Assembly (NCBI GenBank): GCA_003577095.1
Contig: QEUR01000004.1
Span: 1-41,025, forward strand
DNA: 41,025 bases
Source of the DNA: Acidobacteriota bacterium
GTDB lineage: Bacteria; Actinomycetota; Actinomycetes; Actinomycetales; Dermatophilaceae
Direction: 5' to 3'
In this document: positions 9,521-16,780 of the stretch, in pieces
Layout: each line of letters opens with the position of its first letter
Position numbering within the stretch: position 1 is the stretch's first letter
The notes under the pieces: generated by a model
Database searches by the model: none
What the model was told of the DNA's origin: nothing
What the model saw: only the letters and a program-made list of their open reading frames with translations
Translations under genes and position numbers: made by a program

Positions 9521-11184
9521 GAGGCCTCTTCGGCGGCTGCCTGGCGCAGCACGAAGCGCTGCACCTTGCCGGTGGAGGTGCGGGGCAGGGCGTCGATGAA
9601 CTCGATCTGGCGGGGGTACTTGTAGGGCGCGATCGCCCCCTTGACGTGGTCCTGCAGCGCCTTGCGCAGCACCTGCTCGCCCTCCTCGCCGCCGAGCTGG
9701 GCGCGCCCGCCGCGGGGCACGACATACGCCTTGACGACGTTGCCCCGCTCGGGGTCTGGGGCGGCGACGACCGCGCACTCCATCACGTCCGGGTGGCCGA
9801 CGAGCGCCTCCTCGACCTCGGTGCCGGAGATGTTGTAGCCGGAGCTGACGATCATGTCGTCCGAGCGCGCCTGGTACCAGAAGTAGCCGTCCTCGTCCCG
9901 GATGAAGGTGTCGCCGGTGATGTTCCACCCGTCCTGGACGTAGACGGCCTGCCGCTCGTCGGCCAGGTAGCGGCAGCCGGTCGGGCCCTTGACCGCGAGC
10001 CGGCCGGGGGTCCCGTCAGGCGCGTCGTTGCCGGCCTTGTCGATGATCTTGGCGTGGTAGCCGGGGACCGGGCGGCCCGTCGAGCCGGGGCGGATCTCGT
10101 CGTCGGCCGACCCGATGAAGATGTGCAGCATCTCGGTCGAGCCGATCCCGTCGATGAGCCGCAGCCCGGTCTGCTCGTAGATCTCCTCCCACGTCCTGCG
10201 CGGCAGGTGCTCGCCGGCGGAGACCGCGCGGCGCAGGCTGCGCAGCGCGCCCGCCTTGCCCCTGGCGATCATCGCCTTGTATGCCGTGGGAGCCGTGAAG
10301 CAGACCGTCGCCCCGTGCTCCTCGACCAGGTCGGCGAGCTGCTCGGGGGTGGCCTTCTCCACCAGCAGGGTGCTCGCGCCGACGCGCAGCGGGAAGACGA
10401 CCAGCCCGCCGAGGCCGAAGGTGAAGGCGATCGGCGGCGTGCCGATGAAGAGGTCATCCGGCTCGGGCTTGAGCACGTAGCGGGAGAAGGTGTCGGCGTT
10501 GGCCAGGATGTCGCGGTGGAAGTGCATCGTCGCCTTGGGCCGGCCGGTGGTGCCGGAGGTGAAGGCGAGCATCGAGACGTCGTCGGCGGCGGTGTCCACG
10601 TCGTCGAAGGTCGTCGGCTTGCCCTGGGCGAGGGCCGTGACGTCGTCGAGCCCGTCGACGGTGCCGCCATAGGTCAGCGTCCGCAGCCCGGGCACCTCCG
10701 CGCGGAGGAGGTCCTCGGTGAAGCGGTGGTCGCACAGCGCGATGTCGAACCTGCCGATCTCGCCGATCGTGGCCAGCTCGCGGGGGCGAAGCATCGGCAT
10801 GGTCGGCACGACGACGCCGCCGGCCTTGAGCACGGCGAACCAGACGGCGACCAGCCACGGGTTGTTGGGGCCGCGCAGCAGCACCCGGTTGCCGGGGACC
10901 AGGCCGAGGTCCTCGACGAGCACGTGCGCCACCTGGTTGGCGCGCTCCCGCAGCTCGCCGTAGGTCCACCGGGTGCCGTCCGGGGCGAGCACGCACGGAC
11001 GGTCGGCGCCGCCCGGCATACCGTCGATGACGTCGTCGAGCAGCACCGTGGCCACGTTGAGCCGCTCCGGGTAGTGGACCTCCGGCACCTCGAAGACCAG
11101 GTCCGGCCACAGCTCGCGCGGCGGCAGGTTGTCCCGGCAGAAGGTGTCGACGTGCGCGCTCGGGGAGAGCTCGGTGTGCGGCAT
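9517..11184 (-). CDS. Aryl-CoA ligase, 2-aminobenzoate/benzoate-CoA ligase family
   Basis: SAHVDTFCRDNLP N-terminus, FTSGTTGRPKATMHFHRD, DGIGSTEMLHIF, GPTGCRYL, TSTGKVQRF; ATG at 11184. Confidence 0.92.
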   Translation of the reverse strand: MPHTELSPSAHVDTFCRDNLPPRELWPDLVFEVPEVHYPERLNVATVLLDDVIDGMPGGADRPCVLAPDGTRWTYGELRERANQVAHVLVEDLGLVPGNRVLLRGPNNPWLVAVWFAVLKAGGVVVPTMPMLRPRELATIGEIGRFDIALCDHRFTEDLLRAEVPGLRTLTYGGTVDGLDDVTALAQGKPTTFDDVDTAADDVSMLAFTSGTTGRPKATMHFHRDILANADTFSRYVLKPEPDDLFIGTPPIAFTFGLGGLVVFPLRVGASTLLVEKATPEQLADLVEEHGATVCFTAPTAYKAMIARGKAGALRSLRRAVSAGEHLPRRTWEEIYEQTGLRLIDGIGSTEMLHIFIGSADDEIRPGSTGRPVPGYHAKIIDKAGNDAPDGTPGRLAVKGPTGCRYLADERQAVYVQDGWNITGDTFIRDEDGYFWYQARSDDMIVSSGYNISGTEVEEALVGHPDVMECAVVAAPDPERGNVVKAYVVPRGGRAQLGGEEGEQVLRKALQDHVKGAIAPYKYPRQIEFIDALPRTSTGKVQRFVLRQAAAEEAS

Positions 11185-11250
11185 GCGTGGGGGACCTCTC
11201 GTCATGGCACCTCGGCGTCGGCGCCCGGCTAGGTCAAAGTATGTTTGATC

Positions 11251-11267
11251 CGTGACGACAGTCAAGA
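11251..11267. promoter_or_regulatory. Putative operator palindrome, copy 2
   Basis: CGTGACGACAGTCAAGA, 16/17 identical to 27428-27444; between the divergent ligase and paaX-like genes. Confidence 0.6.
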
Positions 11268-12115
11268 GCACGACATCACCGAGCGGCTCGGCCCGGGGCG
11301 GGTCCACCGCGGACTCGGGCCTGCGGGCGCTCATCGTGACGATCTACGGGCTCTACGCGCGCGAGGTCGGCGGCTGGCTGAGCGTCAGCGCGCTGATCCG
11401 GCTGATGGCCGAGCTCGGCGTGGACGAGCCCGCGGTGCGCTCCTCGATCTCCCGGCTCAAGCGGAGGGGCATCCTGGAGGCCGAGCGGGTCGACGGGCGG
11501 GCCGGCTACGCCCTGTCCGCGCACGCGCGCGAGATCCTCGAGGCCGGCGACCGGCGGATCTTCCGGCGCCGCCGCGGCACGCTCGACGAGGGGTGGGTGC
11601 TGGCGGTCTTCAGCGTGCCGGAGTCCGAGCGGCGCCGCCGGCACACCCTGCGCTCGCGGCTGTCCTGGCTGGGCTTCGGGTCTGTCGGGCCGGGGGTGTG
11701 GATCGCCCCGGCGCACCTGACGGAGGAGGCGCGCGACGTGCTGGTCCGCGAGGAGCTGGCCGAGTACGTCGACCTCTTCGAGGGCCGCTACCTCGGCTTC
11801 GCCGCCGCGCCCGAGCAGGTCGCGCGGTGGTGGGACCTGGAGGGCCTGGACGCGCTCTACGAGCAGTTCTGCTCCGACTTCGAGCCGGTGCTCGCCCGCT
11901 GGCGGGCCGCCCGGGGCAAGGACGAGACGGGTATGGCGTTCGCCGACTACGTGCGCGTCCTCACCTCGTGGCGGCGCCTGCCCTACCTCGACCCCGGGCT
12001 GGCCCCCGAGCTGCTGCCCCGAGACTGGTCGGGCACCAAGGCGGCCGACCTGTTCTTCGCGCTGCAGCGGCGGCTGGAGGAGCCCTCGCACCGGTTCGTC
12101 ACCGAGGTGCGCTGA
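11252..12115 (+). CDS. PaaX-family transcriptional regulator (start uncertain)
   Basis: LIVTIYGLY, AVRSSISRLKRRG wHTH, FSVPE..R..RH.LR..L.WLGFG, WDL, DPGLAPELLP.DW.G. Confidence 0.92.
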   Translation: MTTVKSTTSPSGSARGGSTADSGLRALIVTIYGLYAREVGGWLSVSALIRLMAELGVDEPAVRSSISRLKRRGILEAERVDGRAGYALSAHAREILEAGDRRIFRRRRGTLDEGWVLAVFSVPESERRRRHTLRSRLSWLGFGSVGPGVWIAPAHLTEEARDVLVREELAEYVDLFEGRYLGFAAAPEQVARWWDLEGLDALYEQFCSDFEPVLARWRAARGKDETGMAFADYVRVLTSWRRLPYLDPGLAPELLPRDWSGTKAADLFFALQRRLEEPSHRFVTEVR

Positions 12116-12572
12116 CCTCCGCGGGTGCGGAGCAGCAACCCGTCTCCACGGACCGGGCGCCGTCCAGCGGCGAGAGGTCGGCGCCGCTGCGGCCCTCCAG
12201 CTCCGGGTGGGCGTCGGCGAGCACGACGTAGTTCTCCCACCGCTGGCCGTCGGGACCGGTCACCCAGTGCTTGTCCTGGCGGGCATAGCAGCACACGACG
12301 TCATCCTCGACGTCCAGGGACAGGCCGGCCGCCTCGAGCCGGTCCGCCTCGGCCTGGACCTCCTCCATCGAGACGCGCTCGACGCCGAGGTGGTTGAGGG
12401 TGCCGGTGGCCTCGGGGTTCTCGAAGAGCACGAGCTTCAGGGGTGGGTTCTCGACCGCGAAGTTGGCGTAGCCGGGCCGCTGCTTGGCCGGAGGGGTGTC
12501 GAAGAGCGTCGAGTAGAACCGGACGGCCGCCTCGATGTCGTCGACGTTGAGGGCGAGCTGGATGCGCGACAT
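12099..12572 (-). CDS. arsI: ArsI/CadI-family VOC metalloenzyme (putative C-As lyase)
   Basis: SRIQLALNV, PGYANFAV..PPLKLVL, LNHLG, CCYARQDKHWV..PDG..WE.Y, C-terminal CC; divergent from arsR. Confidence 0.85.
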   Translation of the reverse strand: MSRIQLALNVDDIEAAVRFYSTLFDTPPAKQRPGYANFAVENPPLKLVLFENPEATGTLNHLGVERVSMEEVQAEADRLEAAGLSLDVEDDVVCCYARQDKHWVTGPDGQRWENYVVLADAHPELEGRSGADLSPLDGARSVETGCCSAPAEVSAPR

Positions 12573-12594
12573 GCGGACTCCTTGCTAGATGATC

Positions 12595-12656
12595 CATCGA
12601 CTGGTGTCGATGCGTTGGCAGGTCCAGACTCTACTCACGTATTGACGCATGTCAAT
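12595..12656. promoter_or_regulatory. Two ArsR/SmtB-type operator palindromes in the arsI-arsR divergent promoter
   Basis: CATCGAC-tggt-GTCGATG (12595-12612) and ATTGAC-gcat-GTCAAT (12641-12656); the second overlaps a TTGACG -35, with CACAAT -10 at 12664. Confidence 0.7.
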
Positions 12657-12701
12657 GCTTTGGCACAATGGACTTGTGATCCCGACCCGAAGGAGGCCGT
12701 C

Positions 12702-13055
12702 GTGGCCCTGAGAGAGCTGCCGCTGGCGCAGCTGCTGGCGGACGAGTGCTGCACGCCGCTGATGCTGGAGCCACTGTCGGAGCCGGACGCCGCGGTCCTG
12801 TCCGAGCGGTTCGCGGCGCTGGGCGACCCGGTCCGGCTCCGCCTGGTGTCGCTGCTGGCGACCGCCGAGGCCGGCGCGGTGTGCGTCTGCGACCTGACCG
12901 GGCCGGTCGACCGGTCGCAGGGCACCGTCAGCCACCACCTGAAGGTGCTGTCGAAGGCCGGGCTCGTCGTCAGCGAGAAGCGTGGCCGGAACATGTGGTA
13001 CTCGGTCGTCCCCGCCGCGCTGGAGTCGCTCCGCGCCGCGCTCGTCGCCGGATGA
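12702..13055 (+). CDS. arsR: ArsR/SmtB-family metalloregulator
   Basis: GTG after AGGAGG; N-terminal CC, ALGDPVRLRL, CVCDL, SQGTVSHHLKVL. Confidence 0.9.
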   Translation: MALRELPLAQLLADECCTPLMLEPLSEPDAAVLSERFAALGDPVRLRLVSLLATAEAGAVCVCDLTGPVDRSQGTVSHHLKVLSKAGLVVSEKRGRNMWYSVVPAALESLRAALVAG

Positions 13056-13531
13056 CCCCGGCGAGATCCTTATTGACCAGGCCGACCGTCCTGTTCGTCT
13101 GCGTGCACAACGCCGGCCGTTCGCTGATGGCGGCCGCCTACCTCCAGCACCTCGCCGGTGATCGCGTCGAGGTGCTCTCGGCAGGGTCGGAGCCCGCTCA
13201 CCGCGTCAACCCGGTGGCCGTCTCCGCCATGGCCGAGGAGAGCATCGACATCACCGCCGGGCAGCCGAGGCTGCTGACCGACTCGGCGGTCAGGGAGGCC
13301 GACGTGGTCATCACCATGGGCTGCGGCGACACCTGCCCGGTCTACCCGGGCAAGAGGTACGAGGGCTGGGATCTCGACGACCCGGCTGGTCAGGGCATCG
13401 AGGCGGTGCGCCCCATCCGCGACGAGATCCGCGCCCGCGTCCAACGGCTCATCGATGAGCTCATCCCGCAGGCCGGACCTGCCGGAGGAAATCACTCCGC
13501 CCCGCTCCTTGCGAGCAGGTCCGATGGCTAG
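13052..13531 (+). CDS. arsC: Arsenate reductase, LMW-PTP fold
   Basis: VLFVCVHNAGRS, ITMGCGDTCP, WDLDDPAGQ, RPIRDEI; ATGA overlap with arsR; about 20-aa atypical C-terminal extension. Confidence 0.9.
   Translation: MTPARSLLTRPTVLFVCVHNAGRSLMAAAYLQHLAGDRVEVLSAGSEPAHRVNPVAVSAMAEESIDITAGQPRLLTDSAVREADVVITMGCGDTCPVYPGKRYEGWDLDDPAGQGIEAVRPIRDEIRARVQRLIDELIPQAGPAGGNHSAPLLASRSDG
13473..13527. repeat. Imperfect inverted repeat carrying the GCA-N5-GG/GA motif on both arms (candidate recombination site)
   Basis: CGGACCTGC (13474-13482) and GCAGGTCCG (13515-13523) form a perfect 9-bp IR with an inner CGGAG/CTCCG stem; abuts the stop of the 13528-13929 gene. Confidence 0.45.
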
Positions 13532-13929
13532 ACGGCTCGGGCGGTGAGCTGGCGGCGTTCCACCTTTCGGAGGATGAACGCGGAGATCAGACCGAGGGTG
13601 AGGGCCCAGGCCGGATATCCGAAGACAAAGAGGCCAAGCGACCCCTCCGGTGTCGGCCACAGGCCGAGAAACACAGCGCCGAGAAGAAGAATGCAGAGGA
13701 CTGGAGCTGCTGCCACGGTCAGCAGCGCACCGGAGTACCCCCAACGTCGAACACCTGCCCACCACAGCAGTGCCACTAGCGCTGACATGACAACAAGGAG
13801 CCCCATGTGCACATAATCGCGGGCCGCGAACTCCGAGACCGCCAGGGGTAGGCAGAATGGGGCGGCCATCAAGGTGAAGAAGACAAGCGCCCCGGTGCCA
13901 CGGGCCTTGGCTGTCGCGCTGTCGTTCAT
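13528..13929 (-). CDS. Hypothetical membrane protein (about 4 TM)
   Basis: Four hydrophobic stretches, GGAGG upstream of ATG. Confidence 0.7.
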   Translation of the reverse strand: MNDSATAKARGTGALVFFTLMAAPFCLPLAVSEFAARDYVHMGLLVVMSALVALLWWAGVRRWGYSGALLTVAAAPVLCILLLGAVFLGLWPTPEGSLGLFVFGYPAWALTLGLISAFILRKVERRQLTARAV

Positions 13930-14026
13930 GTGCCGCCTCCGACGGAGCAGTTCAGTCGTCGCACTCGCGTCGATCCGGATCGAAGGGATGCTACACCTGA
14001 GGGATGGGGCAGGCCGGGCGCCCGGC

Positions 14027-14042
14027 GCGGCAATACAGGATG
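14027..14042 (+). repeat. Intergenic motif copy GCGGCA-ATACA-GG-ATG
   Basis: 7 bp from the hicB stop; same spacing as copies at 15678 and 16009. Confidence 0.5.
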
Positions 14043-14049
14043 TGTCAGC

Positions 14050-14394
14050 TCAGGATGCGTCGCCGAGTTTGCGGACGACGTACTGGTTGAGGCTGAGGTG
14101 TTCTTCGGCTGCCTTGATCGCGAGTTGGCGGTGGAGTCGTGCGCCGACGCGGAGGTTGAACTTGCCCGAGTAGGCCCGTGAGGACAATGGCTCGGGGATC
14201 GGCTCGCTGCTGCGGTGCAGGTCCTCGACGACGTCGTGCACCAGATCGCGCAGGCCGTGCAAGGCCTCGTCCTGTGTGCCGGCGAGCCAGGACAGGGAGG
14301 GCAGCTCGAGGCAGGTGGCGACGAACTCCTCGTCCTCGGGAGACCAGCTGACGCGGTAGGTGTAGTGCGAGACGTCGGGCATCGTGGTGCTCAC
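14050..14394 (-). CDS. hicB: HicB-family antitoxin
   Basis: HYTYRVSWSPEDEEFVATCLELPSLSW, PEP, YSGKFNLRV...HRQLA..A.....SLNQYV (RHH); GTGA overlap with hicA. Confidence 0.9.
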   Translation of the reverse strand: MSTTMPDVSHYTYRVSWSPEDEEFVATCLELPSLSWLAGTQDEALHGLRDLVHDVVEDLHRSSEPIPEPLSSRAYSGKFNLRVGARLHRQLAIKAAEEHLSLNQYVVRKLGDAS

Positions 14395-14639
14395 TGGGCT
14401 GCCTCCTTCTTCTCGATCGCTGCCAGGACCTGGCGGACCTGGTACGGCTTGGCCTTGCCGTGGTCGTTCTGGATATTCACTCGCGGGTCGCCGGGCCACG
14501 GGGTCTTGAACACGGCGTGCGAGCCGCCGCTGGTCCTGGGTGGGCCGAAGTTGTGCTCGCACACCTTGGCGAGATCCTCGTACCGGATGTTGCTCGGGTT
14601 GGCTCGCATCTGAGCCAGGATCTTGGCAACGGACGGCAC
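14391..14639 (-). CDS. hicA: HicA-family toxin (mRNA interferase)
   Basis: NIRYEDL, GGSH catalytic His, PRVNIQ, AKPYQVRQV; directly upstream of hicB. Confidence 0.88.
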   Translation of the reverse strand: MPSVAKILAQMRANPSNIRYEDLAKVCEHNFGPPRTSGGSHAVFKTPWPGDPRVNIQNDHGKAKPYQVRQVLAAIEKKEAAQ

Positions 14640-14648
14640 GCCTACAAC

Positions 14649-14666
14649 GGTACTATCCGCAGTACC
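14649..14666. promoter_or_regulatory. Putative HicB operator
   Basis: GGTACT-atccgc-AGTACC inverted repeat about 10 bp upstream of the hicA start. Confidence 0.6.
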
Positions 14667-14725
14667 ACGACGCAACGGTGTCCGGTTCACCCCAACCCTC
14701 GTCGCGGCAGCTCCGCTCGCCTTCC

Positions 14726-15655
14726 TCAGGTGCCGGAGGCCATGTAGGCAGCCAGGATGTAGTTGGGGTGACGGTCGAGGTTCTTGCGCGCCCGGTCGTA
14801 GCGCATGGTGGTGCGGGGGTCGGCGTGCCGGGCGGCGATCTGGACGTCGCGCAGGTCCACACCGGCATCGAGCATGGTGGTGACGAACGTGTGCCGGAGC
14901 ATGTGCGGATGCATCCGCGGCAGATTGATGCCGGCGTCGTCGGCAAGGTGGTGCAGGCGCCGGGTCGCGGCGTGCCGGTCCATCCGACCGCCCTGCCGGT
15001 TCCGCAGGATCGGGCCGTCCTCACGGCGGTCGACGGCGCGTTCGATCGCGCGCTGAACCGCTGGCGGCAGCGGTGTCAGGACGACCTTGCCGCCCTTGCC
15101 GCGGACCTTCAGCACCCGGTGACCGTGCTCCTCGCGCAGGTCCTGGATGTTCGCGCCGCACGCCTCGAAGATGCGCAGGCCGAGTAGGCCAAGCATGGCG
15201 ACGAGGGCGAAGTCGTTGATGTTGCCGCTGGCCCGGCCGGCCTGGAGCATCGCCTCGAACTGCAGGTGGGACAGGCCCAGGGTGGGTGATTCCGGCGGTA
15301 CGTGCGGCCGCCGGACGTGATCGGCAGGTGAGGTGGGCAGCACACCGTCGATGACGGCCGTGGCGTAGAACCCGATGACGACGGACAGCCGCCGCGAGAT
15401 CGTGGACGGCTTGTACCGACGGGTCTCCTGCATCCACCGCACGTACAGCTCGACGTGTACCCGGTGGGCGGTCAGCGGGTCCAGTCCGCGTTCGCGGCAC
15501 CAGTTCAGGAAGGCGCGCAGATCGGACTCGGTATGAGTGCGGGTCTGCCCGGTGTAGCGGGCCAGGTGAGCGGCGATCGCCTGGCGTAACGCGGCACCGG
15601 CCGCGCTGCCAGTCGATACCGGAACGAGGGCGGAGGTGATCTGAGAGTTGTTCAT
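14726..15655 (-). CDS. Tyrosine recombinase/integrase (about 309 aa, Xer-like size)
   Basis: SAM-like N-domain; catalytic R (GLRIFE), K (GKGGK), HxxR (HMLRH), H (ARHAD) and Y (TTMRYD) all intact; ATG at 15655. Confidence 0.93.
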   Translation of the reverse strand: MNNSQITSALVPVSTGSAAGAALRQAIAAHLARYTGQTRTHTESDLRAFLNWCRERGLDPLTAHRVHVELYVRWMQETRRYKPSTISRRLSVVIGFYATAVIDGVLPTSPADHVRRPHVPPESPTLGLSHLQFEAMLQAGRASGNINDFALVAMLGLLGLRIFEACGANIQDLREEHGHRVLKVRGKGGKVVLTPLPPAVQRAIERAVDRREDGPILRNRQGGRMDRHAATRRLHHLADDAGINLPRMHPHMLRHTFVTTMLDAGVDLRDVQIAARHADPRTTMRYDRARKNLDRHPNYILAAYMASGT

Positions 15656-15677
15656 AGACCATCGTGACTCGCGACCA

Positions 15678-15694
15678 GCGGCAAAGTCGGATGG
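15678..15694 (+). repeat. Direct repeat A1 GCGGCAAAGTCGGATGG (candidate recombination site)
   Basis: 15/17 identical to 16009-16025. Confidence 0.7.
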
Positions 15695-15705
15695 GTACGG
15701 AATGC

Positions 15706-15990
15706 TCAGTCGCGTTCGTCTCGGACGTCTGCGAGGTCGGAGACCTCCCACCGCAGGATGGCGATGGCTCGGTCCGTCTCAGCGTGCCACCGGTGACGGT
15801 TCTCGGGTGCATCCCACTGCCCCTCAAGGTTGCGGTGGGCCTTCCAGTACGCGTAACAGGACTGCAATCGCTCCGTGAGTTCTGGTGACAATCCGTAGTC
15901 GGCGGGTTCCATGGCGTACTTGTCGGTGCCGTCCTCCCACAGCGGCCACACGTGTCCGTAGTCGAACATGAACCGGACCACTCGAGCCAT
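15706..15990 (-). CDS. Hypothetical 94-aa protein
   Basis: Protein-like composition (MFDYGHVWPLWE...YGLSPEL), GAGG upstream, bracketed by direct repeats A1/A2. Confidence 0.7.
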   Translation of the reverse strand: MARVVRFMFDYGHVWPLWEDGTDKYAMEPADYGLSPELTERLQSCYAYWKAHRNLEGQWDAPENRHRWHAETDRAIAILRWEVSDLADVRDERD

Positions 15991-16008
15991 GCCTCATCTT
16001 TACGCACG

Positions 16009-16025
16009 GTGGCAGAGTCGGATGG
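16009..16025 (+). repeat. Direct repeat A2 GTGGCAGAGTCGGATGG
   Basis: 15/17 identical to 15678-15694. Confidence 0.7.
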
Positions 16026-16083
16026 AGCCGGTGAGTGCTCCACTGCGTCCGAATCCAGACGCCCCCGAACGAGAGGCCGATCT

Positions 16084-16644
16084 ATGAGGTGTGATCGAGC
16101 TTTCCGTGCCCTCCGGTTGGCTGGCGCGCTCGCGCTGTTGACCGGCTGCAATTCGACGCAGTCGGCAGACACCCCCCCGGCCAGTGAGACAATCTCGGAT
16201 GTGCGGGGGGCGACATCCAGCGGTAGCCCCGCCGCCGACTTCACGATGCGGGTGTTCCCGCCCGGTGAGGCCTGGGACGAAGCCGTGCAGCCCTTGATCG
16301 TGAGGGTTAGCAATCAAGCCTTCGACGACCCGGATGTGCAACTCAGCGCGAACCTGGACGGGGTGATCCTCTTCGATCAAACATTCAAGGTCGAGGACCA
16401 GCACACCGTCACCCTGTTCGGCGTGAACGTCGCGCCGGGGTCCCACACCCTCACCGTGCTCTCCGACACTGGTGCCAAGGTAGAGCAGCCTTTCGACCTG
16501 ACCGCGGGCAAGCAGCGGTGGGTGGTAGTCAACTACTGGTACTTCGACCCCAACCCGACGGCACAGCGCCAACGCGGGCAGGAAGAGGAACCTGGTCCAT
16601 CCCTCCACGTCTCCATTTCTGATCAGCCGGTCTACATCGGCTGA
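16084..16644 (+). CDS. Putative lipoprotein with beta-rich domain
   Basis: ATG after GAGAGG; signal peptide with lipobox LLTG-C; Ser/Thr/Pro linker followed by a beta-strand pattern. Confidence 0.7.
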   Translation: MRCDRAFRALRLAGALALLTGCNSTQSADTPPASETISDVRGATSSGSPAADFTMRVFPPGEAWDEAVQPLIVRVSNQAFDDPDVQLSANLDGVILFDQTFKVEDQHTVTLFGVNVAPGSHTLTVLSDTGAKVEQPFDLTAGKQRWVVVNYWYFDPNPTAQRQRGQEEEPGPSLHVSISDQPVYIG

Positions 16645-16685
16645 TCAGAAACAGCACGGTTTCAACAGTGCACCCGTGCGCTCCA

Positions 16686-16705
16686 CGCGGCAGATCCGGT
16701 AAGCG
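16686..16705 (+). repeat. Direct repeat B1 CGCGGCAGATCCGGTAAGCG
   Basis: 18/20 identical to 20359-20378; core sits in the loop of a GCTCCACGC/GCGCGGAGC hairpin. Confidence 0.7.
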
Positions 16706-16780
16706 CGGAGCGGGCGGGCAAGACCGGTCCGATTGGCCTCCCCTAGTCCGCGATCTTGGGGGTCGCTGCTTGTTTCTGGT

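Noticed and set aside
12615-12627. TTGGCA-GGTCC-AG as another cassette site
   Set aside because: Weak match lying between two ArsR operators inside a coherent divergent promoter; probably chance
14726-15655. Classical integron integrase (IntI) with attC sites
   Set aside because: No IntI-specific insertion before the HxxR box and no RYYYAAC...GTTRRRY sites seen
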